Below are positions 47,783 through 58,364 of a stretch of 64,000 nt of DNA, piece by piece. Below the pieces are notes generated by a model, which saw only the letters and a program-made list of their open reading frames with translations, did not search any database and was not told where the DNA came from. The stretch is from the NCBI GenBank assembly GCA_963710375.1, contig CAVPZX010000005.1, forward strand, positions 256,001 through 320,000, read 5' to 3'. Positions within the stretch are counted from its first letter, which is position 1. Every line of letters begins with the position of its first letter. Source of the stretch: Nitrospirota bacterium (GTDB taxonomy: Bacteria > Nitrospirota > Thermodesulfovibrionia > Thermodesulfovibrionales > Dissulfurispiraceae). The position numbers were made by a program, and so were the translations under genes.

Positions 47783-50284
47783 ATGATGATGACCAGGACA
47801 AAGCTGCAGCGGTGCATTGCTATTACCGGCGTGGTTTTTCTTGTTCTCCTTGCCCTTATCCATACACTGCCGGGATTTTTCCTCCGAACGAACCTGTATA
47901 TTGAAGTGCAATCTCGGCAAGCGGATACATACCAGGTTTTTTATGATACCGCTAAAGGTTACAACGAAGCGGAATCTGTGGTATCTTCGCTCCGGGGCAG
48001 TGGAGTTTTTGAAACAATTAGATTTAGGCTTCCGGGGAAAAAAATCAACAAAATTCGGATTGATCCGGGCACGAAGCCGGTGAATATGCTTATCCGGAAA
48101 ATATGCATAAATAGCCTTTTGAGGCAGCGCTGCTGGACAGGACAGGATTTGTTACAGTACACGCCGATGCACGACATCTCAAAATTCGAGGTGACGGATG
48201 GTCTCCTGTCAATTACATCAACTGGCGGAGATCCCTATTTTGAATTCAAAGGGGATTTCTCGCGCGACCAGAGCGTTATATCTTCGTACTATCTGTATCC
48301 CGTCGCTCTACTTCTTTCTCTGGTGCTGTTCTCCTTTCTGTACTGGGAGGATAGTATTATTCGAGTTATAGACGCAGGGCTTCCCGTTCTCAAGAAAGTG
48401 ATTCGTTACAGGTATGTCATTGCGCTGGCCCTGTTTATTATTCTGGTTGCGGCAAAACTCCACGGGTCGTCATTGCCTATGTGGGACCTTTTCATCAAGG
48501 AGAAGATTGATCCGTCTGAAAAGTCGCTTCTCCTTGGGAAGCCGAGGGGAGTCCGCTCCGATGATTGGGTGGTGCAGACCCCTATGTATCTTTCCCAGAC
48601 GCAAAGCAAGGGGTTCTTCCCTGTGATCAATCCAAACATCCGTTCAGACGGTGAGAATATGCTCGTCAGTTATTACGCGCCTGTTTTTGATATCACCCTC
48701 ATCGGAAAACCTTTCAATTGGGGTTTTCTTTTGCTGGGGAAAGAATACGGTCTTTCCTGGTATTGGTGGTCGAAGCTGTTGCTTCTGCTCCTCATCTCCT
48801 ATGAGGTATGTCTTTTACTCACGCGAGGAAATGAACTTCTTTCGGCTCTTGGTGCTTTCTGGATTGCTTTCTCCCCTTTTGTCCAGTGGTGGTTCACCAC
48901 GCCACTTGTGGACCTTATAATCTATTCCCAAGCCCTCATTGTGGCTGCATGCAGTTATCTAACAGCCGCAAACAGGCGAACGAGGCTTTTCCTCGCCGTT
49001 GCTCTGGCCAGCTGCGCTACCGGTTTCATCCTCTCGTTCTATCCGCCATTTCAGGTTTCGCTGGGCTATCTTGTGCTGCTCTTTGTTTCAGTTTACGCCT
49101 ATGTGAACAAAGCGGATATAAGACTGGGGAAGCATGATCTTGCACTTTTATCCATCTCTCTCATTGCAGTTATAGCTATCATTGTATCTTTTGCCGCTCA
49201 ATCCATGGATGCTATCAAACTGATGTATGGGACAGTATACCCAGGCAAAAGGTTTGTTACGGGAGGCGGCTACGATGCAAACTTTTTGCAGTTTTACCTG
49301 ATCAACTGGCTGACCCCTTTCAAAGAGGTCCGTTTTTTGAACCGCTGCGAGGTGGCCACTTTCCTGAACTTTATTCCTGCCGGACTCTTAGTATTTTATA
49401 GGGTGTACCGAAAGGACTCTATGTCACGGACTTTGGGTTTCGCCCTTTTATGCTATATTTTGTTTCAGTTCTCCTGGCTTTTTTTTCATTACCCTGACTG
49501 GTTTGCCCGGTGGTCTTTCTATTTTGCTGTCCCTCAGTACAGGCTGCAGGAAGTGGTAAGCCTCGCGGCTGTCTACCCGAGCATCTGGATGTTCTCCCTC
49601 CTGGCGGAGCACAAGCCATTGAAGCTGTCCGAGGTCTTCGTAATTTCCCTGTTCTCTGAGCTTTTATATGTCTATTCCTTGAAGCATACTTTTATGTTTG
49701 AGTATCTTGGCCCTCTTAATGCAGCCCTGACGCTGGTTATTTTCTTCATGGGGAATTGTTTTTTCCTCCTGGGTAAAAAAAGGCTTTTCAGTCTCTTTGT
49801 CCTGCTTTTTGTTGTTGTGGCAGGCGTAACAGTAAATCCTCTTTCGAGGGGTGTCGGCCCCATTTACAACAAAGTTATTGCACGGAAGACACTCGAAATC
49901 AACAGTGCTCACCCGGGGCAGAAATGGGCGGCTGTAAACAGTCCGGTTTTAGGGAATTTCCTGATAGCACTTGGGGTGAAGTCTCTGAACAGCGTCCAAT
50001 ATTATCCTGACCTGAAGGCATGGAAGATACTAGACCCTGGTGGTAAATACGAGCAGTCTTATAACCGGTATGCTCACGTCTGGGTACAGGTTGCGACAGG
50101 GGAAACCCATTTTGAGGTCAAGCAGGATGATGCTTTCATTCTTTATATTACTCCCGAAGATTTGAGAAAAGTGGGAGTCAGATATGTGCTTTCCAATGGA
50201 GTTTTGCCGGTACAGAGCCCGATAATGAAGGAAATAGATAAAGTGGAAGGCGACAATCTATATATTTACGAGGTGCAGGCGTGA
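47783..50284 (+). CDS. Large polytopic membrane protein, probable GT-C glycosyltransferase
   Basis: N-terminal beta domain, RSDDW motif, FSPFVQWWF, YPPFQV, TVYPGKR, YNRYAH, about 13 TM segments. Confidence 0.65.
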   Translation: MMMTRTKLQRCIAITGVVFLVLLALIHTLPGFFLRTNLYIEVQSRQADTYQVFYDTAKGYNEAESVVSSLRGSGVFETIRFRLPGKKINKIRIDPGTKPVNMLIRKICINSLLRQRCWTGQDLLQYTPMHDISKFEVTDGLLSITSTGGDPYFEFKGDFSRDQSVISSYYLYPVALLLSLVLFSFLYWEDSIIRVIDAGLPVLKKVIRYRYVIALALFIILVAAKLHGSSLPMWDLFIKEKIDPSEKSLLLGKPRGVRSDDWVVQTPMYLSQTQSKGFFPVINPNIRSDGENMLVSYYAPVFDITLIGKPFNWGFLLLGKEYGLSWYWWSKLLLLLLISYEVCLLLTRGNELLSALGAFWIAFSPFVQWWFTTPLVDLIIYSQALIVAACSYLTAANRRTRLFLAVALASCATGFILSFYPPFQVSLGYLVLLFVSVYAYVNKADIRLGKHDLALLSISLIAVIAIIVSFAAQSMDAIKLMYGTVYPGKRFVTGGGYDANFLQFYLINWLTPFKEVRFLNRCEVATFLNFIPAGLLVFYRVYRKDSMSRTLGFALLCYILFQFSWLFFHYPDWFARWSFYFAVPQYRLQEVVSLAAVYPSIWMFSLLAEHKPLKLSEVFVISLFSELLYVYSLKHTFMFEYLGPLNAALTLVIFFMGNCFFLLGKKRLFSLFVLLFVVVAGVTVNPLSRGVGPIYNKVIARKTLEINSAHPGQKWAAVNSPVLGNFLIALGVKSLNSVQYYPDLKAWKILDPGGKYEQSYNRYAHVWVQVATGETHFEVKQDDAFILYITPEDLRKVGVRYVLSNGVLPVQSPIMKEIDKVEGDNLYIYEVQA

Positions 50285-50302
50285 GTCACGGATGGCTGAG
50301 GC

Positions 50303-51475
50303 TCATGTTGATTCTACCCGCAGGATGCTCAGAAAGAAACCGGAAAAAATGATCTGAATGCCGGCTGATAATAACGTCAGTGAAGGAATAGTGAGACGCA
50401 TCATAAAAGTCGGGACAAGCGGCCCGAAAGATGACTCACTCCAAAAGACAAAGGCATAAACTGATCCGGCTATTCCTATTAACGATAATAGTCCTCCTAT
50501 GATAAGACTTCGTTCAAGGGTCAATACTGATAAGAATGATGCAGTGCGTTTATCAATGGGCAAAAATTTGACTCTGGCCGCGAACACGTTTGTGTAGAGG
50601 GCGAAGAAAACTGTCTGAAGACCCAAAATAATTGCAACAGCAGCATACAGCATTGTATGAATATCAAAAGTTACGTGACTGATAGTTTTGGGCCCGGTAA
50701 CAAGTGCGCACATCGCTGCCAGCCCAAGGGATATCAGGGCCACACCAGGATACAGGAAAAGCCAGCGCGGACTGTAAATGAGGAGAAATCTCAAATGCCT
50801 CCATCCGTCCCTCCAGGGCTTAAGGTGTGGAGGACGGCTTCGTCCATCGGGGGAAAGAGTTGTAGGAACTTCAGCGATCCGCAGTTTGTTCAGGGTTGCT
50901 TTAACTATCATTTCAGTGGCAAACTCCATCCCGCTTGTTTGCAGATCCAGCTTGATTATAGCGTCCCTACGAAATCCCCGCATTCCACAATGGAAGTCTC
51001 CCACAGGACTGCTAAAAAATAACTTTCCTATTCCTGTAAGTACAGGGTTGCCCAGATACCGGTTCAGAAAGGGCATAGCTCCACTCTTTATCCCCCCGCT
51101 GAAGCGGTTGCCCATAACGAGGTCATAACCTTCGTGAAGTTTATTTAAAAAAGGGGTCAATTCTGCAAGGTCATAACTGTCATCCGCGTCTGCCATGACA
51201 ATGTATTCCCCCTCAGCTGCTTTGATGCCACCCATCAATGCAGCGCCATAGCCGCGCACCGGAACGTCTACAACGCGCGCCCCATGCTCTACAGCGATGT
51301 ACTGGGAGCCATCATTACTTCCATTGTCTGCGATAATAATTTCTCCCGAGATATTATTTCTTGACAGAAAGGACGCGGCTTTATCAATGCAAATAGCGAG
51401 CGTTTCCGCCTCATTAAGGCATGGCAAAACTATTGAGAGTTCACACTGATGGGCTTCTGTTCCGGTATTATTCAT
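50303..51475 (-). CDS. GT2 DPM1-like glycosyltransferase with C-terminal TM segments
   Basis: SIVLPCLNEA, DNGS, GYGAAL, DADDSYD, DFHCGMRGF, GMEFATE, WRDGWRHLRF. Confidence 0.92.
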   Translation of the reverse strand: MNNTGTEAHQCELSIVLPCLNEAETLAICIDKAASFLSRNNISGEIIIADNGSNDGSQYIAVEHGARVVDVPVRGYGAALMGGIKAAEGEYIVMADADDSYDLAELTPFLNKLHEGYDLVMGNRFSGGIKSGAMPFLNRYLGNPVLTGIGKLFFSSPVGDFHCGMRGFRRDAIIKLDLQTSGMEFATEMIVKATLNKLRIAEVPTTLSPDGRSRPPHLKPWRDGWRHLRFLLIYSPRWLFLYPGVALISLGLAAMCALVTGPKTISHVTFDIHTMLYAAVAIILGLQTVFFALYTNVFAARVKFLPIDKRTASFLSVLTLERSLIIGGLLSLIGIAGSVYAFVFWSESSFGPLVPTFMMRLTIPSLTLLSAGIQIIFSGFFLSILRVEST

Positions 51476-51576
51476 GGAAACTTTGTTATGTTACTCGGAT
51501 AGCCGTCGCGATGTCAACGTTTTGCGATATCTTCGTGATACGAAGTCCTTTTTTAGATTGGTGAACTCAGAGCAAT

Positions 51577-52269
51577 TCATTTTTTCGTTGCAAACACATA
51601 ATATTGCGCCCCTAACGGCACCTGCCGGAGATATCTTTCAAAGGGCCTCAGAACTTTTAGAAAATTCGGAAAGAAAAAGTAATAATCAGGAGGATTGGCG
51701 TCGTAACCTGTCTTCTCCATCAGTCCAAACAGCCTTTTTGGCTTGACAGGTACAGCATCTTTATCAAACGGGAGTATCCTCATGTTTCTCATCATCAAAG
51801 GATTATAGGGGTTATTTTCAAAAATAAATACCTTCCCGTTCTTTTTGAGAACTCTGCTCAGCTCCATTAAAATTGCCGCATGTCTTACATGCGGGATATG
51901 ATGGAATGTGCCGTTAGAGTATATAAGGTCAAATCTTTCATTTTCATAGTGAAGACTAACGCCATCCAGGGCTGAGAATTCAACTCCTTCAAGCCCAAGC
52001 TTTTGAGCCGCCACGATAGATTCCTTTGAAGTGTCAGCGGCGCATATCACGGAATTAGGGAAGTGTTGTCTCAGATGCACTTCCGTTGCCCCTATGCCGC
52101 ATCCGAAATCGAGGATAGTGTGGTTGCCGTCGGTAAACGTCTTGCCGAGCTTTTCCTTCATAAGACGGATCCTTAAATCAATAAAAAATTCGAACTCTTC
52201 TCCAATTAATTTAGTAACTTTGTTTATAGCATCCCTGTAGTCCGATGCATATCTATCAAAATCAGACAT
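51577..52269 (-). CDS. Class I SAM-dependent methyltransferase
   Basis: LDFGCGIG, FHHIP, FENNPYNP, LGAQY. Confidence 0.9.
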   Translation of the reverse strand: MSDFDRYASDYRDAINKVTKLIGEEFEFFIDLRIRLMKEKLGKTFTDGNHTILDFGCGIGATEVHLRQHFPNSVICAADTSKESIVAAQKLGLEGVEFSALDGVSLHYENERFDLIYSNGTFHHIPHVRHAAILMELSRVLKKNGKVFIFENNPYNPLMMRNMRILPFDKDAVPVKPKRLFGLMEKTGYDANPPDYYFFFPNFLKVLRPFERYLRQVPLGAQYYVFATKK

Positions 52270-52355
52270 CGATCACCCTCTCAGTTACCGTCTCCTAGCC
52301 ATGAGTTTTTGCAGCAGATAACTTTTTTAGCCTGATTCTCGATTGCAGCGCTTTG

Positions 52356-52646
52356 TCATGCATGTCTTTTTTTACTGAAGGTTATTTTTCCTTCGTTGAA
52401 TTTGTGAATAAGCATAGAAATCAGGGATTGATATGGTATCCCCTCTTCAATTGCTTTAGCACGAATTTTCTTTAAATCCCGCTCAGTCATTCGAATATTA
52501 ATCCGCATTTGTTTGTTTAGGCTATAGCGGGCATATGCTTCATATCTCTTTTTTTCTTTCTTGTTAAGGTCGGAGGTCCATTCATTTTTTTCAAGCGATT
52601 CAGCTAATTCTCTTTCGTCTGTATCCAAATAAACTGTTCTCTTCAT
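52356..52646 (-). CDS. Antitoxin (BrnA/CopG-like RHH)
   Basis: RINIRMTERDL..I...A..EGIPYQSLI; overlaps the toxin. Confidence 0.85.
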   Translation of the reverse strand: MKRTVYLDTDERELAESLEKNEWTSDLNKKEKKRYEAYARYSLNKQMRINIRMTERDLKKIRAKAIEEGIPYQSLISMLIHKFNEGKITFSKKRHA

Positions 52647-52921
52647 TTTTTGCCTCCCAAATATTTCTTTGTTGCCTTGCTGTTAGGTATTATTGTTTTC
52701 AAAAATATGCTTTCGTCATCCTCAATATACTGTACAGAATAGACATAATCTTCAATCAGTACCAGAAAAACCTTTTGATTCGGATATTTCGCCTGGTTGG
52801 TATGTTTAACCCGGTCAAGTAAATCGCCTGATGCGATTGCCAGTTCCACCTGCTCAAATGATACATTCCGCTCTTTTTTGAGTAAATCATTTTTCTCATT
52901 ATTCCAATCGAAATATTTCAT
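52643..52921 (-). CDS. BrnT family toxin
   Basis: FDWNNEKNDLLKKERNVSFE, YPNQ, FLKTIIP. Confidence 0.88.
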   Translation of the reverse strand: MKYFDWNNEKNDLLKKERNVSFEQVELAIASGDLLDRVKHTNQAKYPNQKVFLVLIEDYVYSVQYIEDDESIFLKTIIPNSKATKKYLGGKK

Positions 52922-53148
52922 AAGCGTATGCCTATTGTATTCAATGTTTATGATATCAACTGGTCCTTGTTTCTGTCAAATTGTTGCATTTGAAATTAGC
53001 ATCGAATGTTTGGCAGGGACGGTTAGGCTTACTTACTTATGGACATTTCCTCTTTTGCCTTTTTTGAAAATCGATGACCTTCTCAGCCTCAGTTTCTAAA
53101 TACGCCCTGTCTCATTGAGTAAATATTTTCCTTTCTTGAGTCTAATGT

Positions 53149-53185
53149 TTGCTTTGTGTAATAATATGTGTAAGATATTGTGTAA
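53149..53185 (+). promoter_or_regulatory. Putative promoter/operator of vapBC
   Basis: TGTGTAA direct repeats at 53155, 53167 and 53179 (12-nt period) overlapping TTGCTT...TAAGAT; AGGAGG RBS follows. Confidence 0.5.
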
Positions 53186-53197
53186 AAGGAGGGGTTT

Positions 53198-53398
53198 ATG
53201 CCAACAAATCTGGCGATAGATAATGACCTTTTAAACGAGGCGCAGAAGATAGGCAAGCACAAAACTAAAAAGAATGCGGTCAATGAAGCACTGCGAGAGT
53301 ATATTGAAAAAAGAAAGCGGAAAGAAATTATCTCCCTGTTCGGCAATGTGGATATCGATCCTGCCTATGATTACAAAAAAGAGCGGCTGCGTAGGTGA
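53198..53398 (+). CDS. vapB: VapB-type antitoxin
   Basis: MPTNLAIDNDLLNEA...TKKNAVNEALREYI...YDYKKER. Confidence 0.88.
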   Translation: MPTNLAIDNDLLNEAQKIGKHKTKKNAVNEALREYIEKRKRKEIISLFGNVDIDPAYDYKKERLRR

Positions 53399-53802
53399 GG
53401 ATACTCGTAGATACCTCTGTATGGTCTCTTGCCTTGAGAAGGCAATCCTCAGTGGTACATGCGGAAGCGGTACTTTTGAGGACGCTTATCGAACAGGGAG
53501 AAGATATCTCCATTATTGGTGTCATACTCCAGGAGATACTCCAGGGAGTAAGGAATCTCAAAGACTTCAATCAACTGAAAGAATATTTCGCTGCTTTCCC
53601 AATCATCGAGTTAACACGGGAAGATTATATAAAAGCAGCGGAACTAAAAAATCACCTTATGAAGAATAGGAAACAAGTAGGCACGATAGACGCTCTTATC
53701 GCATCTGCGGCAATATCTCGCGAATGCTCCCTTTTTACGGCAGATCAGGATTTCACCTATATAGCAATGCACTCGAAATTGAAGCTTCTGAATAAAAAGT
53801 AA
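53395..53802 (+). CDS. vapC: VapC PIN-domain toxin
   Basis: ILVDTSVW, QEILQG, IDALIA, LFTADQDF. Confidence 0.9.
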   Translation: MRILVDTSVWSLALRRQSSVVHAEAVLLRTLIEQGEDISIIGVILQEILQGVRNLKDFNQLKEYFAAFPIIELTREDYIKAAELKNHLMKNRKQVGTIDALIASAAISRECSLFTADQDFTYIAMHSKLKLLNKK

Positions 53803-53923
53803 GCTGTATCTCATGAGGGAGTCTGAACACCGGATCCTTTTTTGATAGTAAAAACAAACAGACCTGCTGCCGCTTTTTTCACATGTCAACTCATATGTGG
53901 TAAAATATGACGTTATTTAGGCA

Positions 53924-54700
53924 ATGTGGAGAAAAATGAGGAGTTTCGAGAATTACAGGGACCTGATCGCGGTACTCACGCATAAAGAGATGAAGGTTAA
54001 GTACAAGAGCAGTGTGTTCGGTTACTGCTGGTCTGTCGCTCATCCCCTTGCCTTCGCTTTTGTCTATTTCATAGCCTTCAAGGTGGTTATGAGAATACAG
54101 ATGGAGGATTACTCCCTCTTCCTAATTGCAGGGCTTTTTCCGTGGCAGTGGTTTAGCAACTCGGTAAGCGCAGCGCCCACGATATTCCTGGCGAATGTAT
54201 CTATCATCAAAAAGGTGAACTTTCCCAGGAATATCATCCCTCTCACCACTGTGCTCCAGGACATGATCCATTTTATCCTTTCGATGCCTGTAATAGTTGT
54301 CTTCCTTTTTATATATCACCGCTCCCCCTCGCTGTCGTGGCTCTATGGGGTTCCACTGCTGCTGGTTATCCAACTCATTATGACCTATGGGGCCGCCCTT
54401 TTTATCTCGTCGATCAATCTTTTTTTCAGGGATTTCGAGAGACTCACCAGCATATTCATCACCCTTTTGTTTTATTTCACTCCGATTATCTATCCCGAGA
54501 CCATGGTGCCCGAGCGATTCAGGTCGCTGGTTTACTTCAATCCCCTTGCGCCTCTTATGGTGAGCTGGCGGAACCTTTTCCTTCACGGCAAACTTGACCC
54601 TGCTGCTCTCGCAGTCAGTTTCGCCTATTCTATTGTCTTCTTTGCAGTGGGATATTTCGTCTACGGAAAACTCTCATGGAAGTTCGCTGAAGTCCTGTGA
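53924..54700 (+). CDS. wzm: Polysaccharide ABC transporter permease
   Basis: KVKYKSSVFGYCWS..HPL, KKVNFPR, FRD, TPIIYP, NPLA. Confidence 0.92.
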   Translation: MWRKMRSFENYRDLIAVLTHKEMKVKYKSSVFGYCWSVAHPLAFAFVYFIAFKVVMRIQMEDYSLFLIAGLFPWQWFSNSVSAAPTIFLANVSIIKKVNFPRNIIPLTTVLQDMIHFILSMPVIVVFLFIYHRSPSLSWLYGVPLLLVIQLIMTYGAALFISSINLFFRDFERLTSIFITLLFYFTPIIYPETMVPERFRSLVYFNPLAPLMVSWRNLFLHGKLDPAALAVSFAYSIVFFAVGYFVYGKLSWKFAEVL

Positions 54701-55437
54701 GCGAACCGGTCATCATATTCGATTCCGTCAGCAAGAGCTATCCCCTGTATCACCACATTACAGGGGGAATCAAGAACTTCCTCTTTCACTTTCCGCGCGC
54801 GGTCAACCAGTTAAAGAACCATCGCTATGAAGCCCTGCAGGGAATATCCTTCCAGGTCAACAGGGGAGAGAGTTTCGGGATAATAGGGAAGAACGGGGCG
54901 GGCAAGAGCACTACCCTCGGTCTGATCGCCGGGGTGATCAAGCCCTCAGGAGGGACGATTGTGGTGAAGGGTAGGGTCTCACCGCTGCTTGAATTGGGCT
55001 CGGGATTCAACAGTGAGCTGACGGGCAGGGAGAATATAATGCTGAACGGCGTGCTCATGGGCCTTACCAGGGCTGAAGTGCTGCGCAAAATGGAAGAGAT
55101 TATTGAGTTCTCGGGCCTGGGTGATTTCATAGACCAGCCGCTGCGCACCTATTCCTCGGGCATGATTATGCGCCTCGGCTTTTCTGTTGTGGCGAGCCTC
55201 GACCCAGAGATACTGCTCATCGACGAGGTGCTTGCAGTAGGGGACATGGAGTTCCAGAAAAAGTGCGTGGACAAGATGAAAGGCTTCAAAGAGAATGGAG
55301 TGACTATTGTCTTTGTCTCCCATGGCCTGAATGACGTACTGGCTATATGCGACAGGGTGGTTTGGATCGAGAACCATCAGGTGCGGATGATCGGGAGCGC
55401 ACAAGAAGTGGTGAACAGCTATGCTAACCCAAAATAA
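54697..55437 (+). CDS. wzt: Polysaccharide ABC transporter ATPase (no C-terminal carbohydrate-binding domain)
   Basis: GKNGAGKST, YSSGM signature, LLIDEVLAVGD, VSH; only 246 aa. Confidence 0.93.
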   Translation: MSEPVIIFDSVSKSYPLYHHITGGIKNFLFHFPRAVNQLKNHRYEALQGISFQVNRGESFGIIGKNGAGKSTTLGLIAGVIKPSGGTIVVKGRVSPLLELGSGFNSELTGRENIMLNGVLMGLTRAEVLRKMEEIIEFSGLGDFIDQPLRTYSSGMIMRLGFSVVASLDPEILLIDEVLAVGDMEFQKKCVDKMKGFKENGVTIVFVSHGLNDVLAICDRVVWIENHQVRMIGSAQEVVNSYANPK

Positions 55438-55546
55438 AAACAGGCAGAGGGATAGGCAGAGGTAAAGTGAGAAAAAACTCGTTGATAATACATTAGGTCC
55501 TGTGATATAACTTTGTGGGGCTGAAACCCGCCTGGAATGAACGTCG

Positions 55547-57609
55547 ATGAAATCAAGTAAGGACTCTCTCAATATGAAACGTCGAAGAGTGCTGTTTATG
55601 TTTTTTGCCGTGTCTGTATTGCTCTTTTGCTATTGTGGGCTGTCTTATGCCGCCACTAGAGATGTAGGAAGCGCAGGAACGTATACAACGATTCAAAATG
55701 GCTATAACGCTGCCGGGAACGGGGATACTATCCAGGTTCAGGCAGGCACATATACGGAAAATGATAATTTCGGCACTAATAAATCAGTTGCCCTTTTAGG
55801 TGGGTATAGTAGTAGCTTTTCACCCGATAGCTCATATTCAATAATTGCGGGGACACTAACAATCAGCAATGGGACAGTGACTGTCGAGAACATAATAATT
55901 AATTCTGCAACGCTTGCGTCCATTGCGGTTACTCCGGTAAACCCCAGCATTACCCTTGGGACAACCCAACAGTTCACGGCAACAGAAACTTTTTCGGAAA
56001 ACTCCACGCCGGATATGACTACATTAGTCACGTGGAGTTCATCGAAACCGTTCGTCGCTACCATCAGCAATGCAACCGGCTCTAATGGACTGGCTTCATC
56101 CGTAGCTGCCGGCAATACACTGATAACGGCCAGATCCGGGAGCATCACAGGCTCCACTACACTTACAGTTAGTCCTCCGACACTTGTATCTATTACGGTT
56201 ACTCCGGCAAACTCCAGCATTACCCTTGGGAATACTGAACAGTTTACGGCCACAGGGACTTATTCGGACGGTACTACTCCGAATATTACTTCATCAGTAA
56301 CCTGGAGTTCATCAAATGTGTCCGTCGCCACTATCAGTAATGCGGCTGGCTCTAATGGAAAGGCTTCATCAGTATCAGACGGTGCAACAACCATCACAGC
56401 CACTTCAGGGAGTATAGCTGGTTCTACCGGACTAACGGTGACAGGTACAGGACTGACAACGTGCTTTCTTTCACTGTTAACGGTTCAACATGCAACTCAT
56501 CCTCGTCCCCCTTCACCCCATATACAAACGAACCATGCGTAAGCGTCACGGTTTGCAGCCCTACTAACACATCAAACTGTGTGACAATTAATGGCATTTT
56601 ACTGGATACGGGAAGTTTCGGACTCAGGATTTTTAAAACGGCCCTGGGCAGCGTTTCCGGTTCTCTTACGCAAGTGACTTCCGGTTCCGGCTTTCTTGCA
56701 GAATGCGTCCATTTCGGAGACGGCTCGTCGGACTGGGGGCCGGTCCAGATGGCGAACGTTACACTGGGGAACGAGCCTGCTGTGACGGTTCCAGTCCAGG
56801 TTATCGATTCCGCTTTTGGCACTGTCCCGCGCTCGTGCGGAACTCCGGATCAACGGCCCAAAGACGCAGGATTCAACGGAATACTCGGAGTTGGCCCTCT
56901 TGTTCAGGACTGCGGTTCTACATGTGAAACTTCTATCATTGGGGATTATTACACATGCAGCGGGTCGCAGTGCAGCGGAACTACAGTTGCAGTCTCTAAT
57001 CAGGTTTCGAACCCTGTCTTCTCTCTTCCCATTGATAACAACGGGTTGATAGTGCAGCTTCCCACCGTCGCTGCAAGTGGTGCGACCTCGGTGACCGGCT
57101 CCCTTGTGTTCGGGATTGGCACGCAATCGAACAATTCGCCTTCACCAAGCGTTTCTGCGTATACATTCACCGCAGAGGATGAATTGGACAACCTTGATGA
57201 ATTTAACACAACCTTTAGCAGCGCCTCTTACAACAGTTTTTTCGACACCGGTTCGAACTTCCTTTTTTTCCCTCAACCTACATCAGGCACTTACAAAGGC
57301 GATCTGCCACTCTGCAGCGGTAATTCAGGCTTTTTCTGCCCCACTACAACAAACTCGAACCCTGACGGCATTACAAACCTTTCCGCCACTATTACGGGAC
57401 TCTCCGGCTCTCCGAGCAATCCGATCTCGTTCCAGATAGGCAACTTTACCGCCCTTACAAGTTCGCCGTCCATCATGGTGTTCAGCGATATCGGCGCCAG
57501 TAGTCCTGATTTCGACTGGGGGCTTCCGTTCTATTTTGGACGAAACGTTTTTGTCGGGGTTGAGGGCACGACTTCCAGCCTTGGCACGGGTCCATACTTT
57601 GCGTACTGA
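55547..57609 (+). pseudogene. Secreted protein: signal peptide, two Big_2 Ig-like domains and a DUF3443 (aspartic protease-like) domain; frameshift near 56450
   Basis: SITVTP...QFTATGTYSDG...VTWSSS repeats; second frame DNVLSFTV...LLDTGSFGLRIF, NGILGVG, FFDTGSN, FDWGLPFYFGRNVF. Confidence 0.75.
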
Positions 57610-57636
57610 GCCAGCTCCCTATCGACTACCAAACAT

Positions 57637-57673
57637 TTGACAGCTGACGTATAATTAATTATAATATATACGT
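57637..57673 (+). promoter_or_regulatory. Consensus sigma70 promoter with palindromic operator
   Basis: TTGACA (57637-57642), 17 nt, TATAAT (57660-57665); ACGTATA / TATACGT inverted pair around the -10 box. Confidence 0.8.
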
Positions 57674-57689
57674 ATAAGGGAGGTGCAAA

Positions 57690-57938
57690 TTGCATACTAA
57701 ACTTACACTTCGTCTTGACGACGGATTAATAGAAAAAACCAAAAAAATTGCAAAGGCACGTAATTCAAGCCTTTCAGAAATGGTTGCTGAATTCTTTAAG
57801 TCTGTCACAGGCAGCTACGCCGGGGAGGTGAACAAATCGCCTGTTTTGACCGAGGTAACAGGAATTTTAGGCGGTAAATATAGCCCGAAGGCCCTGCGCA
57901 GCAGTTACAGGCGCCATATTGAGGAAAAATACCGTTGA
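57690..57938 (+). CDS. DUF6364-type antitoxin
   Basis: TKLTLRLDDGLIEKTK..A...SLSEMV..FF...SP....TGIL...EEKY; GGGAGG RBS. Confidence 0.82.
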   Translation: MHTKLTLRLDDGLIEKTKKIAKARNSSLSEMVAEFFKSVTGSYAGEVNKSPVLTEVTGILGGKYSPKALRSSYRRHIEEKYR

Positions 57939-58348
57939 AATCAGTTCTTTGCGATGTCAACTTCTTTCTTGATATATTCATGAAACGGAGGCCTTTTTAT
58001 CTCCCCGCATCTGAGCTTTTTGTTAAAATTGAGAATGAGGAAGTAGAAGGATATATCTGCTCGTTGACCTTTCCAATTCTATTTTATCTGCTCTCAAAAG
58101 AGATTGGACGTGCGCAGGCAGCTAAGATCCTTGAAAAGATTAGAATAGTGTTTAAGGTCGCTGCTGTTGATGAAAAGGTCATCGACTTATCACTCGCTTC
58201 TAACTTCGAGGACTTCGAAGATGCGGTGCAATACTATTCCGCAATGAAAACAGGTGTGACCTGCCTTATCTCGCGCGATAAAAATGACTTCGCAGATAAA
58301 AAAATCCCTGTGCTGACCCCTGAAGAGTTTGTCGCTATTAAGGGCTGA
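57935..58348 (+). CDS. PIN-domain toxin
   Basis: VLCDVNFFLD, DFEDAVQYYSA, ISRDKNDF, VLTPEEF. Confidence 0.88.
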   Translation: MKSVLCDVNFFLDIFMKRRPFYLPASELFVKIENEEVEGYICSLTFPILFYLLSKEIGRAQAAKILEKIRIVFKVAAVDEKVIDLSLASNFEDFEDAVQYYSAMKTGVTCLISRDKNDFADKKIPVLTPEEFVAIKG

Positions 58349-58364
58349 CCTTTTCCCGACAATG

